Positions 45,962 through 56,337 of a DNA stretch of 64,000 bases are shown in pieces. Source of the DNA: an uncultured Candidatus Saccharibacteria bacterium. Lineage in GTDB: Bacteria; Patescibacteriota; Saccharimonadia; Saccharimonadales; Saccharimonadaceae. Both the position numbers and the translations under genes were made by a program. How positions within the stretch are numbered: the stretch's first letter is position 1; every line of letters begins with the position of its first letter. The notes under the pieces are model-generated. The model did no database searches and was not told where the DNA came from. It worked only from the letters and a program-made list of their open reading frames with translations. The DNA is taken from the NCBI GenBank assembly GCA_946638615.1, contig CAMPBO010000002.1:5746-69745 (forward strand), given 5' to 3'.

Positions 45962-47056
45962 TCATACTTCTGGAACCTGTTGAGTAATACAATGGATGTT
46001 CCCTCCACCAAGTAAAATTTCTCGCGCATAAACTGTCTCTATTGTTTTATTTGGAAACAATTCTTGTAAAATTCGAATCGCCGCTTCATCGTGTGGATCA
46101 TTAAATATTGGCAAAATAATTGCATCATTACAATTATAATAATTTATATAAGAAGCTGGTAGTCTATCACCTTCATTGCGAGGAAAAGTACCTTCTACCA
46201 CATCAACCCCCTCTGACTCTTCTTTAGTAATTGTTACTACATTCGGGACGTGAATCTTGATTATTTCAAGTTGTCGGCCACGTGCATCTGTTACAGATTG
46301 CAAATATTCTAAATCTCTCATCGAACGTTCATGTTGTGGATCGGCCGGGTTATCTTCCCATGCTAACACCACTTTACCTGGTGCAACAAATTGACAAACA
46401 TTATCGACATGACCATTGGTGTCTTCATCTTTATAAATGCCATACGGAATCCATAATACTTTAAGAGCACCACAATAATCTAACAAGTACTTTTCAATTT
46501 CTTCTTTACTTTTACCTGGGTTACGACCTTCGTCAAGTAAAGTTTCTTCCGTTACAAGCAAAGTCCCTTCGCCATCAGAATGGATCGAGCCACCCTCAAG
46601 TACAAAATCATCTGTACGATAGCGATCCACTTTTTCGATTGCCGCCATTTTACTTGCAATAGCATCATCTAAGTCCCACGGAAAATAAATTCCATTTATC
46701 AATCCACCATAACCATTAAAAGCCCAGTCTACTGCTCGCATTTCACCCTGATCATTTATTACCATTGTAGCGCCAGTATCACGAATCCAAGAATCATTAT
46801 TCGAAATTTCTACTACTTGAACATTTTGCAAATTCATTCCCAATACATGTGAATATTGAGATTGATTTACACCTAAGACTACGGGCTCGTGTTTAGCAAT
46901 TTTCTCAACCACTTCACGAAAGGCTTTCTGTGCTGGTTTTGCTCCATCTCTCCAATTATCAGGGCGTTCTGGCCAAAGTAAATATGTACATTTATGTGGA
47001 GCAAGTTCAGATGGCATATAAAATCCGTCTTGCTTAGGTGTCGAAGTTAATTTCAT
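45962..47056 (-). CDS. aguA: Agmatine deiminase
   Basis: WPERPDNWR, DSWIRD, LEGGSIH.DGEGT, TNGHVDN, GGGNIHCITQQ. Confidence 0.96.
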   Translation of the reverse strand: MKLTSTPKQDGFYMPSELAPHKCTYLLWPERPDNWRDGAKPAQKAFREVVEKIAKHEPVVLGVNQSQYSHVLGMNLQNVQVVEISNNDSWIRDTGATMVINDQGEMRAVDWAFNGYGGLINGIYFPWDLDDAIASKMAAIEKVDRYRTDDFVLEGGSIHSDGEGTLLVTEETLLDEGRNPGKSKEEIEKYLLDYCGALKVLWIPYGIYKDEDTNGHVDNVCQFVAPGKVVLAWEDNPADPQHERSMRDLEYLQSVTDARGRQLEIIKIHVPNVVTITKEESEGVDVVEGTFPRNEGDRLPASYINYYNCNDAIILPIFNDPHDEAAIRILQELFPNKTIETVYAREILLGGGNIHCITQQVPEV

Positions 47057-47127
47057 TTTCAAGACCTCTCTTTCATTTAAATAGTAGAGCAATTAGCTCT
47101 ACTATTTATTATATACTACTTTGTGTT

Positions 47128-48579
47128 TTAAACTCTAGCTTTTCGTGCTAACTTTTTTTGTTTGTCTCTTCGATCCATTCTAAATATCATTACTTCACCA
47201 ATCACTATACATACCGCCGAGCTTATCAATAAAGTAGCATTACCAGCAATTGCTTCTAAGCTAAACTCTGGAATCCAAGTGAAAAATAGTGAAATAAATA
47301 ATAGTATTAAAGGTACGATACCCATTAGCCATCGTCTCACTGGACCAACCTTGACCCAATATCCATTTTGAACTTGTTTGCCTTTTTTGTGTAACTTAAT
47401 AAATGCTGCAAACATTGGGATGTAAGATAGCAACAAGCATACAAGCGACAAATCAAAGAACGCCCAGAACATATTTTGACCATCTTCCCACTCTGGGAAA
47501 CAATATGCCAAAATAATTCCAGCCACGGCTAATATTGTAGCTACTACACCAGTCCACACACCCACCATATAAGGAACACCATCTTTGTTGCGCTTTTTCC
47601 AAGATTTTGGGAACATTCCGTCTTCTGCCGCATAGGCAATTACCGAATATACACCGAAATTCCACGATGACACGTTTGAAATCAAAGTCAAGATAAATAA
47701 TCCGCCTACAACAATCGTTACAGCTTGAATAGCTGCTTCTGCAAATCCAGCGTTCGCCATCAATACATTATATGAATCAAGAAAACCCGTATTGGTTTGA
47801 ATTTCTGCAAATGGCGTTCCCACGCCCATGCCAAATGAAGGTAAAATATAAAAAATCGCAATTAGAATTCCACCCAATATAATTGCTTTCGGAATTTGTT
47901 TTCTAGGTTTATCCATATCGTCATAGAACGTGCCTACCACTTCAAAACCAAGCATGTTAAAAATAATTAGCGACACAAAAGATAGCCCTGCCCAATCAAT
48001 TCCACCATCAGCTGATGCTAATGGCACGAAATCATGCCAAGATTCAATAGGGTTAGCTGTTCCCTTCGTAAATAATACGTAAAAACCGAGAAAACCGATG
48101 CTAGCAAGAATTAAAATTTTAATCACCGCTCCAATATTTGATACCCAGTCTGATTGAGAAATTCGAAGCATACCCAGTATTGTCACAAGAACAATATAGC
48201 CTACCTGTAGAGCAAGAACCATCCAAAGTTCCATTTCAATTCCAAACATTTGCATTATCATAGTAGTAATAAGGTCAGCGAGCGATGCAATCCAAAGTGG
48301 ATAGTTCACCCAATAAAACCAAGCAACTCGTGAAGCCCATTTTTTTCCAAAAGCCTTTTTTATCCAGGTATACATTCCGCCTTCAGATGGGTATTGGGTA
48401 CCAAGTTCAGCACTAATTAATGCGTATGGCACAAAAAAGCCAATTAGCATAATCGCCCACCAAATATACATTGAGTTACCAATGGCTGCTGTTGGTGCTA
48501 CAGCATCTCCAACCAAGATTATACAGACTGTCGCAAGTACAGCACTAAACAATCTGAATTTATATTTTTTCTTTGGCAT
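47128..48579 (-). CDS. aguD: APC family permease, probable agmatine/putrescine antiporter
   Basis: About 12 TM, PYALISAELG..YP.EGG.Y.W, GFEV; lies between ptcA and aguA. Confidence 0.88.
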   Translation of the reverse strand: MPKKKYKFRLFSAVLATVCIILVGDAVAPTAAIGNSMYIWWAIMLIGFFVPYALISAELGTQYPSEGGMYTWIKKAFGKKWASRVAWFYWVNYPLWIASLADLITTMIMQMFGIEMELWMVLALQVGYIVLVTILGMLRISQSDWVSNIGAVIKILILASIGFLGFYVLFTKGTANPIESWHDFVPLASADGGIDWAGLSFVSLIIFNMLGFEVVGTFYDDMDKPRKQIPKAIILGGILIAIFYILPSFGMGVGTPFAEIQTNTGFLDSYNVLMANAGFAEAAIQAVTIVVGGLFILTLISNVSSWNFGVYSVIAYAAEDGMFPKSWKKRNKDGVPYMVGVWTGVVATILAVAGIILAYCFPEWEDGQNMFWAFFDLSLVCLLLSYIPMFAAFIKLHKKGKQVQNGYWVKVGPVRRWLMGIVPLILLFISLFFTWIPEFSLEAIAGNATLLISSAVCIVIGEVMIFRMDRRDKQKKLARKARV

Positions 48580-49598
48580 TATTTAGCCTCCTTCTGTTGT
48601 TTTATATAATCGAGCGTAATCTGCGCTACTCGACCAAAATATAATACTAATCCCCTTTGAGCGGTTAGACGATTTTCCGCCTCATCCCACGCTATCGAGT
48701 TTGGACCATCCAATACAGAATCGGTTACTTCTTCATTACGATTTGCTGGTAAGCAATGCATAAATTTACAATTCGAATTCCCAGTCGCCATCATCATTTC
48801 ATCATTCACTTGATATTTAGGATAAAAATCTCGCATATATTCTTCTTTTGATGTCTCTTTGTCGTAGAGCCCATACCAAACATCGGTATAAATAAAATCA
48901 GCATCCCTCAAACATTCCGAATTGTCTGTATAACTGCATGAACCGCCATATTTTTCGACATTTTTCCGTCCAATCATAAGCCATTCGTCAGAAATCTTAT
49001 GATTTTTTGGGCCATAATGCACAAAATTCATTCCCATCTTCGTAACCATTTCACAAAGCGTATTGCAAACTTGCGTCGCATCGCCCACAAAAATAACCTT
49101 AACATCATTAGGAACTTTTCCTTCTGGCCAATGATCAAAAATCGTAATCATATCACCAATCCCCTGTGTAGGATGAACTTTGTCACTCATACCATTAATT
49201 ACCGGAACTCGTGCATATTTGGCTAAAGCTTCAATTGATTCATGGCGATCCACTCTTGACATGATCATATCACACATCCTACCTAGTACCACAGCTGTAT
49301 CCTCAATCGTTTCGTGTGCTCCAAGCTGAATTGCTCCAGGAGCTAAATTAATTGCATGACCACCCAATTGCACCATTGCTGTTTCAAAAGAAACACGTGT
49401 CCGCGTTGATTTCTGCTCAAACAGCATCGCTAAAGTTTTATGAAAAAGAGAATTTAAATATCCGCCTTTTTCAATATACATTCGTACAATTCGTGAAGTA
49501 TTAATAATATCTAATATTTCCGACTGATCAAAATCAGCTGTATCGATAAAGTCTTTTTTTGTTGGCACTTGATGCCCTAAAGTGTACAACTTATCCAT
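48579..49598 (-). CDS. ptcA: Putrescine carbamoyltransferase
   Basis: STRTR, IQLG.HETIEDT, VGDATQV, TDVWYGLY (PTC-type loop rather than OTC SMG), HCLP. Confidence 0.93.
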   Translation of the reverse strand: MDKLYTLGHQVPTKKDFIDTADFDQSEILDIINTSRIVRMYIEKGGYLNSLFHKTLAMLFEQKSTRTRVSFETAMVQLGGHAINLAPGAIQLGAHETIEDTAVVLGRMCDMIMSRVDRHESIEALAKYARVPVINGMSDKVHPTQGIGDMITIFDHWPEGKVPNDVKVIFVGDATQVCNTLCEMVTKMGMNFVHYGPKNHKISDEWLMIGRKNVEKYGGSCSYTDNSECLRDADFIYTDVWYGLYDKETSKEEYMRDFYPKYQVNDEMMMATGNSNCKFMHCLPANRNEEVTDSVLDGPNSIAWDEAENRLTAQRGLVLYFGRVAQITLDYIKQQKEAK

Positions 49599-49647
49599 AA
49601 GCTTTATTATAACACACTTATTGTAAATCTAACGAAATTAAAACTCT

Positions 49648-49686
49648 AAAAAATGAATTGAGAATAAATCCCAATTCATTTTTTTT
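49648..49686 (-). terminator. Terminator after arc operon
   Basis: AAAAAATGAATTG..CAATTCATTTTTT. Confidence 0.65.
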
Positions 49687-49718
49687 ATTATTTTTTGTTA
49701 AAATTATAGCGAGAAGAG

Positions 49719-51452
49719 TCAAAGCACTACAATATTAATCACCGCAATACATGCCACTACTCTAATTCCCCACTTGAACCAAGTTGAATAATCAACTTTG
49801 GCAAGTGCAAGACCAGCCATAATCGCACCACAAGTTGGCGTAATTAAGTTTACTAAACCATTGGCCGATACAATTGTCATTGCTGCCACGTTGGTACTGT
49901 AACCAAGATTTGCCGCCACTGGCGCAATAATTGGTGTTGACAAAGTTGCGAGGCCAGACGAAGACGGTACTAATACCGACAAAACAGTATGTAATATATA
50001 ATTTAGCGGCACAAATGCCATCTCTGGCAATGTTGCAAGGAAATTTGATGCGTTGTAAATAATATAATTGTCAAGCGAAGTCTCGGCCATCAATACCGAT
50101 GCTCCACGTGCTACCGCAATCACTAACACCACGCCGATCATGTCATCTGCACCATCAATAAAGGTATCGATAAACCCATGCTCACCTTGACGATTGATAA
50201 TTGATATTAGTATCGATGCCAAGAGGAACCATAATGCCGATTCAAAGAACCACCATTCTCCTAGAGGGGCACCAGTCAACCATCCCGTCCACGATACAAA
50301 GAAGTTTATTCCAAAGTCTTCCCAGGGAATAAATCCTACAATCATTACAAGAAAAGTTAAACCAAAGATAATTAGTGAAGCAATTTGTTTGCCTGTCAGC
50401 TTTTCAACCTCATCTTTATCTTCCAAATATCTTGCATATTTTTTCTCAGCAATTGCTTGTTCACGAAGGCTAAGAAAAGTAGAACCTTTGTCTCGTTGTA
50501 CTTTCTTTGCGTATCTCACTACAAAGAATGCTGCGATTGCCAAAGTTGTAAGCCACAACACTACAGCAATTAGAATAATCGTACCTTGATTAAACTCGAT
50601 CCCAGCATCCTTCATTGCTGATATAGCCACACCAGTTGCAAACGGATTAATTGTTGAGCCAAGCACACCAGCGCCCGAACCAAGCAAAATGGTTGCCACA
50701 CCAACAAGCGGATCCATTCCTGCCGCAAACATAGTTGCTGCAATTAGCACATAAAACCCAACGCTTTCCTCCAAAAACCCATAAGTTGTACCAAGTATCG
50801 AGAAAATAAACATGAGAAGCAGTATCAATAGATACTCCTTACCATTCATTTTTTTAACCAAGATTTTAATCCCAGTTTCCAAAGCTTTGGTTTTTGCCAT
50901 TACCGCTAGAAACCCGCCAAGTACCATCACGAAGATACAAACATCAATCGCATTTTCAAACCCAAGGATTGGAGCCATCAAAACTTGATAAAGTTTTGCG
51001 CCAGCAACGCCAGAGCCATCCACGATTACGCAACCATCCTCACCATTAACTTCTTCGCAAGCCTCTTTAGTCTCAAAAACTTCATCCGAATCCAATAAGC
51101 TTTCACCGATTGGCAATATCTCATCGTTCTCATCAATAGTTTCCAACACAACTGGCTCAGTTTGACCAAGAAGCCCACTCTGAACATTGTCTCCAACTTC
51201 TGGAGTAAAAGTCTCTCCATTCGGCAAAACATCAGGTGCTTCCTTTAAATCTTCCGCTGGAACCTCGCCTTCCCATTCGCCAGGACCAACTTCTACACTC
51301 GGAGCTTCATCGTCAAGTGGGGCCGCCATATATTTTGCTTTTGGCAATACATGTGACAAAATACCAAGCAAAATAATCAAAATCATGATAATCGAATACG
51401 CCGAGAGCATCGCGCGTGTTCGTCTCTTGCTTCGATTCTTCTTTCTAAACAT
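49719..51452 (-). CDS. arcD: YfcC-family transporter, probable arginine/ornithine antiporter
   Basis: GTTYG.LEE, GSTINPFA, VPSSSGLA, NLITPT; follows arcA. Confidence 0.85.
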   Translation of the reverse strand: MFRKKNRSKRRTRAMLSAYSIIMILIILLGILSHVLPKAKYMAAPLDDEAPSVEVGPGEWEGEVPAEDLKEAPDVLPNGETFTPEVGDNVQSGLLGQTEPVVLETIDENDEILPIGESLLDSDEVFETKEACEEVNGEDGCVIVDGSGVAGAKLYQVLMAPILGFENAIDVCIFVMVLGGFLAVMAKTKALETGIKILVKKMNGKEYLLILLLMFIFSILGTTYGFLEESVGFYVLIAATMFAAGMDPLVGVATILLGSGAGVLGSTINPFATGVAISAMKDAGIEFNQGTIILIAVVLWLTTLAIAAFFVVRYAKKVQRDKGSTFLSLREQAIAEKKYARYLEDKDEVEKLTGKQIASLIIFGLTFLVMIVGFIPWEDFGINFFVSWTGWLTGAPLGEWWFFESALWFLLASILISIINRQGEHGFIDTFIDGADDMIGVVLVIAVARGASVLMAETSLDNYIIYNASNFLATLPEMAFVPLNYILHTVLSVLVPSSSGLATLSTPIIAPVAANLGYSTNVAAMTIVSANGLVNLITPTCGAIMAGLALAKVDYSTWFKWGIRVVACIAVINIVVL

Positions 51453-51508
51453 TTCTTTCCTTTTTTAAAATTAATATTATCCCCCCCTCAGCGATATTCA
51501 ATTTCCTA

Positions 51509-52738
51509 TTATTCCTCCTCCCTGACTAACGCCATCGTCATACAATGCGTTCCGCCACGTCCTCTTGACAACTCCGAACTCGGTATTTCTATCACTCTAA
51601 TCCCATGTTTTCTTAATGCTTCGTTTGTCACGAAATTTCTATCGTACGCCGTCACCACGCCTGGCTTAATGCAAAACAAATTCACGCCATCGCTCCATTG
51701 CTCGCGTTCAGCGTCAATTCGACGACCATTACCGCATTTAATCAGCTCCACCTTATTTAGGTGTAAGTATTTTTCCAATACTTTTTGCAAATTTTGGTGA
51801 ATTTCAACAATATCAAGTTCACCACCCATCCCTTTAGTAATTTCGTAAATCGTCGAAATATCCATAATCGCATCCTGCACCGCAAATTTATCCACGTCTA
51901 CCCGAGTTATCACCGTATCAAGGTGCATGAAAGAACGCTCGTCCGGAATGTCAATCGCTAGTACATACTTGAAAGTATTTTTCTTGTCTTTAAACAAATT
52001 TCTCGCAAAATCCGCAATCGCATCTGGTTCTGTTCTCTGAGAAATACCGATTGCAATTACTTCCTTTGACAAAACCATAATGTCGCCACCTTCAATTGAA
52101 TATGGTTCCGTGCGGTCGTAATATAATTTTATATCATTATAAAATGGGTGGTACTTAAACACATAATCAAAGAACATTGTTTCTCGATTTCGTGTTGGCG
52201 CCCACATCTTGTGCAAAGTTGCACCGTAGCCAATCGTCGAAATTGGGTCTCTCGGGCAATAAATATTTGGAATCGGATCTAGTATCATTTTACCAATATC
52301 CCGCGTCGCATAAAATCCCGAAACATTTCGAAGCTTTTTTAATTCAGTAATGTCCGTGCCAGCGATACATTTTTTTACCAAATCACGATTATCTTTAAAA
52401 CCGTTTAAAAATTCAAAACAATGCCTTGCAAGTTTCGCCGACGTTACACCAGCTTCAGCGATAAACTGCTCGATAAATTTCTTTCGCACAGTCCTGCCAC
52501 CAGCATCTAAAGCTTCTGCAATCAAATCCGTTACATAAACCACTTCGACACCTTCTGCCCTCAAAGCATTTGCAAAAGCATCATGCTCTTGTTGTGCCAC
52601 CTTAAGATACGGAATTTCGTCGAACAACAACCGACTAAGCGAATTCGGTGTCAAATTCAAAAATTCTTCTCCTGGTCGATGCAACAACACTTTTTTTACT
52701 GGGGCAATTTCACTAAAATTGCAGATTGTGCTTCGCAT
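51509..52738 (-). CDS. arcA: Arginine deiminase
   Basis: VLLHRPG.E, LLFD.IP, IEGGD, FMHLDT, SELSRGRGG.HCM. Confidence 0.97.
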   Translation of the reverse strand: MRSTICNFSEIAPVKKVLLHRPGEEFLNLTPNSLSRLLFDEIPYLKVAQQEHDAFANALRAEGVEVVYVTDLIAEALDAGGRTVRKKFIEQFIAEAGVTSAKLARHCFEFLNGFKDNRDLVKKCIAGTDITELKKLRNVSGFYATRDIGKMILDPIPNIYCPRDPISTIGYGATLHKMWAPTRNRETMFFDYVFKYHPFYNDIKLYYDRTEPYSIEGGDIMVLSKEVIAIGISQRTEPDAIADFARNLFKDKKNTFKYVLAIDIPDERSFMHLDTVITRVDVDKFAVQDAIMDISTIYEITKGMGGELDIVEIHQNLQKVLEKYLHLNKVELIKCGNGRRIDAEREQWSDGVNLFCIKPGVVTAYDRNFVTNEALRKHGIRVIEIPSSELSRGRGGTHCMTMALVREEE

Positions 52739-53739
52739 TATTTTTCTCTCCTTTCGTAGAGTGTTAAGAATATTACCGCTTTGATAGTGTGCATTCGGTT
52801 TTCCGCCTCATCAAACACGATTGAACGCTCCGACTCAAACACTTCATTCGTTACTTCCATCTCGGCGATACCAAATTTTTTGTAAACGTCCTGCGCCACT
52901 GTAGTATTAAGATCGTGAAAAGACGGCAGCGCGTGTAAAAATACCGCTCCAGGCTTCGCTCGATTCATCATTTCCATATTTACTTGATATAGCTTCAATT
53001 GACTAATTCTCTCACCCCATTTTTCTTTATCTTCCCCCATCGAAAGCCATACATCGGCATAAATCGCATCTGCTGTATTATCTAGCGCATGGATATCACT
53101 TGTTACTGTTATAGTACAGCCGTTTTTCTCGGCAATTTTTCGACATCTCTCCACTAAATCATCTGCCGGCTTTAACTCTTCTGGTCCACAAGCAATAAAA
53201 TTCACACCCATCTTGGCACTCATCGCCATTAAAGAATTTGCCACGTTGTTTCTTGCATCCCCCACAAACGCCAAAGTAAGACCTTTTAAATTCCCTAAGT
53301 GCTCTTCCATCGTCATAAAATCTGCCAATACCTGAGTTGGGTGACATTCATTCGTCAAACCATTCCAAACTGGCACATCAGCGTATCTCGCTAAATCTTC
53401 TACTATCTTTTGATCAAATCCTCGATATTCAATACCATCATAAAATCTCGCGAGTACTCTCGCTGTGTCTGCAATCGATTCTTTATGCCCCATCTGTGAG
53501 CCCGTCGGATCAAGATAAGTTACCCCCATACCGAGGTCATACCCCGCCACTTCAAATGAGCATCTCGTTCGCGTTGATGTCTTTTCGAAAACAATCGCAA
53601 TGTTTTTGTTTGGGAAAAACTTGTGGTTTTTCCCCGCACGCTTTAATTCTTTAAATTTTTTCGCCGTTGCCAGCATATAGCGAAGCTCATCTTCGCTAAA
53701 GTCTAAGATTTTTAAAAAGTCTCTTCCGTAAAAATCCAT
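52738..53739 (-). CDS. arcB: Ornithine carbamoyltransferase (catabolic)
   Basis: FEKTSTRTR, HPTQ, DVWLSMG, H.LP, AENRMHTIKA. Confidence 0.96.
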   Translation of the reverse strand: MDFYGRDFLKILDFSEDELRYMLATAKKFKELKRAGKNHKFFPNKNIAIVFEKTSTRTRCSFEVAGYDLGMGVTYLDPTGSQMGHKESIADTARVLARFYDGIEYRGFDQKIVEDLARYADVPVWNGLTNECHPTQVLADFMTMEEHLGNLKGLTLAFVGDARNNVANSLMAMSAKMGVNFIACGPEELKPADDLVERCRKIAEKNGCTITVTSDIHALDNTADAIYADVWLSMGEDKEKWGERISQLKLYQVNMEMMNRAKPGAVFLHALPSFHDLNTTVAQDVYKKFGIAEMEVTNEVFESERSIVFDEAENRMHTIKAVIFLTLYERREK

Positions 53740-53798
53740 TTTTCACCCTTTTTACTTAAGTCTATTGTAACTTAAAAAAATTTTAAACACAAGCTTTT

Positions 53799-54734
53799 TT
53801 ATCTAATAATCGTTCCAGCCTTACCTTTTAAGGCTGCTTTTACATTTTCAATATTAGTAATAATTCCAACGCCACCCTTTTTAGCAAAAGCTACCGCTGC
53901 CTCAACTTTTGGCAGCATTGAACCTGCCTTAAAATACCCATATTTTTTAAGTCTCGTCATTTCGTCGGCAGACATCTCATTTAATGCTTCTTGTTCGTTG
54001 GTTCCAAAGTTTAAATACACATTTGGTACTGCTGTCACTGACACGAATATATCAGCTTTAACAAGCTCCGCTAATTTTTCTGCTGCAAAATCCTTATCAA
54101 TTACCGCATCAATTCCTTTAAGCCGTTTTAGTACCCGCGTTCTATAGACTGGAATTCCGCCACCACCAGCCGCAATTACAATCACGCCATCTTTCACGAG
54201 CTCCAAAATTGCTTTCTTTTCCACAATATCAACTGGTTTCGGCGACGCCACCACTCTTCGCCATCCGCGTCCCGCATCTTCCTTTACCATCCAGCCCTTA
54301 GCTAGTGCCAGCTTTTTAGCCTCTTTCTCAGTATAAAACTGCCCGATCGGCTTAGTTGGATTTTTAAAAGCCACATCTGCTCTATCTACTACTACTTGAG
54401 ACACCACCGTCACGACTTTTACATTCCGACCTCTTTTCAAAAATGCGTTATTAATCGCCTGGGTTAGCCAATAGCCAATCTGACCCTGGCTCATCGCTAC
54501 CGCCGTTTCAAGCGGCATTGCTGGAGCTTTTTCAGTGCCAGCCGACTCCTCATGAATCAAAATATTCCCAACCTGAGGCCCATTTCCGTGTGCAATAATT
54601 ATCTCATATTCTCCAGCCAAATTTGCTATTAATTCACCAACTTCTTCTGCCACAGCTTTCTGTGCCTCCGCCGTCGCCTCACCGTTTTTTTGCAAAGCAT
54701 TTCCACCCAGCGCCAGCACCACCCGTTTTTTCAT
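53799..54734 (-). CDS. arcC: Carbamate kinase
   Basis: ALGGNAL, HGNGPQVG, NPTKPIG, RRVVASP, GGGGIP, AVIDKD, GSMLPK. Confidence 0.97.
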   Translation of the reverse strand: MKKRVVLALGGNALQKNGEATAEAQKAVAEEVGELIANLAGEYEIIIAHGNGPQVGNILIHEESAGTEKAPAMPLETAVAMSQGQIGYWLTQAINNAFLKRGRNVKVVTVVSQVVVDRADVAFKNPTKPIGQFYTEKEAKKLALAKGWMVKEDAGRGWRRVVASPKPVDIVEKKAILELVKDGVIVIAAGGGGIPVYRTRVLKRLKGIDAVIDKDFAAEKLAELVKADIFVSVTAVPNVYLNFGTNEQEALNEMSADEMTRLKKYGYFKAGSMLPKVEAAVAFAKKGGVGIITNIENVKAALKGKAGTIIR

Positions 54735-55864
54735 TACTTCTCTCCCATTAACCTTTTTAGTTCATTCTTGTATGCTTCTACCCCTGGTTGATCAAACGGA
54801 TTTACACCGAAAAGTTTCGCCGAAATCGCGCACGAGAGCTCAAAGAAATACACCAGCTCTCCAAACCCCTTTTCGTCATAACTAGATGGCGTAATCGTAA
54901 GCACCGGAATCCCACCCTGCATGTGGGCAATTTTCACCGCTTGTACAACCTTAGTGTTTATTTCATCGGTTGGATAATCAATAATTGTTTCAAACAAATT
55001 CCGCCTTCCGTCCTGCATAAATTGTCCCATCGAATGAAGATCCGTTGAATAAATTACCGACGCTGGGAAAATTCCTTGTTTATTTTTACCTTCCGATTCG
55101 CCAAATAATTGTTTTAGCCATTCATTAAAATACATCGTCGCTGGCTCAAAGCTAGCAAACACCTCTGTGTCATAGTCTTTTATGCCCAAGTTATACCTCA
55201 TCGTAGCATACTCTGTTGCTGGTTTTACTGCTGACCCAGATGCCTCCGCCGCCCCCTCCAATAATTTATCTATGTCAACCCCAGCTACCGCCATCGGAAG
55301 TAACCCTACCGCAGTTAATACAGAATATCTTCCGCCAATATCATCTGGCACGACAAATCTAATATATCCATTTTCCACCGCTTCGTCATGTAAAGCTCCC
55401 GATTTTGCGTCCGTTGTTGCATAAATCCTATTTTTTGCAGCTTCACCATATTTCTCAAACAATTTTTTCTTAAATGCCTCAAAGGCTATCGCTGGCTCCA
55501 GCGTCGTTCCAGATTTTGAAATCACATTAATCGAAAAATCCGCGTCACCTACTTCTTCAAGTGCCCCCTCTAGCTCTTTTCTACTCAAAGAATTCCCCGC
55601 ATAGATAATTTTAGTTTCAGATTTTGGTCTAAGAGCTTCAATTATTGCTCTATGCCCCAGATAAGACCCTCCAATCCCAATGCAAACCAAATATTCACTA
55701 TCTTCGTTTATTTTTTTAGCGACTTCTTTTATCTTTACAAATTCCCCCATATCATATTGTCGTGGCAATTTCATCCATCCACCCATTTTGTCTTTTTCTA
55801 TCTCTGCCAAAATCTGAGCTATTCTTTTTTCATCAATTTCTACATTAAAATTAGTTTTTATCAC
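54734..55864 (-). CDS. pgi: Glucose-6-phosphate isomerase (compact)
   Basis: GIGGSYLG, SKSGTTLE, IGGRYSV, QLFGESEGK, DLHSMGQ, FDQPGVEAYK; GTG start after GGAGG. Confidence 0.96.
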   Translation of the reverse strand: MIKTNFNVEIDEKRIAQILAEIEKDKMGGWMKLPRQYDMGEFVKIKEVAKKINEDSEYLVCIGIGGSYLGHRAIIEALRPKSETKIIYAGNSLSRKELEGALEEVGDADFSINVISKSGTTLEPAIAFEAFKKKLFEKYGEAAKNRIYATTDAKSGALHDEAVENGYIRFVVPDDIGGRYSVLTAVGLLPMAVAGVDIDKLLEGAAEASGSAVKPATEYATMRYNLGIKDYDTEVFASFEPATMYFNEWLKQLFGESEGKNKQGIFPASVIYSTDLHSMGQFMQDGRRNLFETIIDYPTDEINTKVVQAVKIAHMQGGIPVLTITPSSYDEKGFGELVYFFELSCAISAKLFGVNPFDQPGVEAYKNELKRLMGEK

Positions 55865-55958
55865 TCTTACCTCCAACTGAATACTAATTTTATTATATCA
55901 AGCTTTTTTTAAAAAAATAATTGCTTTTTCATAAAAAGCGTGATATAATAATAAGAAG

Positions 55959-56261
55959 ATGAGTTCTAAGGGGGGTGATTTTATACAATCCAGAATTACC
56001 ATCCGTCTCAGAATAGCTTGTTCTGAGATATTATGCCGGAACCTTAAAAACAAAGGGTTCAAGCTTTATTTTAAAAAATTAAGCACGGACACATATCTGA
56101 AGTATAAATTCAGAAGTGGTCCAGAAATTACGGACGAAGACTTTGAAATTGTCGCTATTTATAATGGCGACAAAACGTTAGACCAAATGGATCTAACTCA
56201 AAGCAAAATCCAGCAAAACATAGCTTGCAAAAAAATCGCAGCTACATCAACCGAAAAGTGA
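55959..56261 (+). CDS. Hypothetical protein
   Basis: 100-aa ORF behind TTGCTT..TGATATAAT promoter, followed by GC hairpin. Confidence 0.5.
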   Translation: MSSKGGDFIQSRITIRLRIACSEILCRNLKNKGFKLYFKKLSTDTYLKYKFRSGPEITDEDFEIVAIYNGDKTLDQMDLTQSKIQQNIACKKIAATSTEK

Positions 56262-56337
56262 TGATTCGTTCTTTACCCCCTCCTACCCCCGGTTCGATTT
56301 TATCGGCCGGGGGAATTTTATGTTATAATTACCTCGT

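Noticed and set aside
49719-49721. UGA recoding (genetic code 25 or 4)
   Set aside because: UGA ends hisS, clpC, aguA and others at expected positions, and long genes are open under code 11.
56286-56314. tRNA fragment suggested by GGTTCGATT
   Set aside because: It lies in a simple CCCCGG..CCGGGG hairpin after the 55959 ORF; no cloverleaf or CCA, most likely a terminator.
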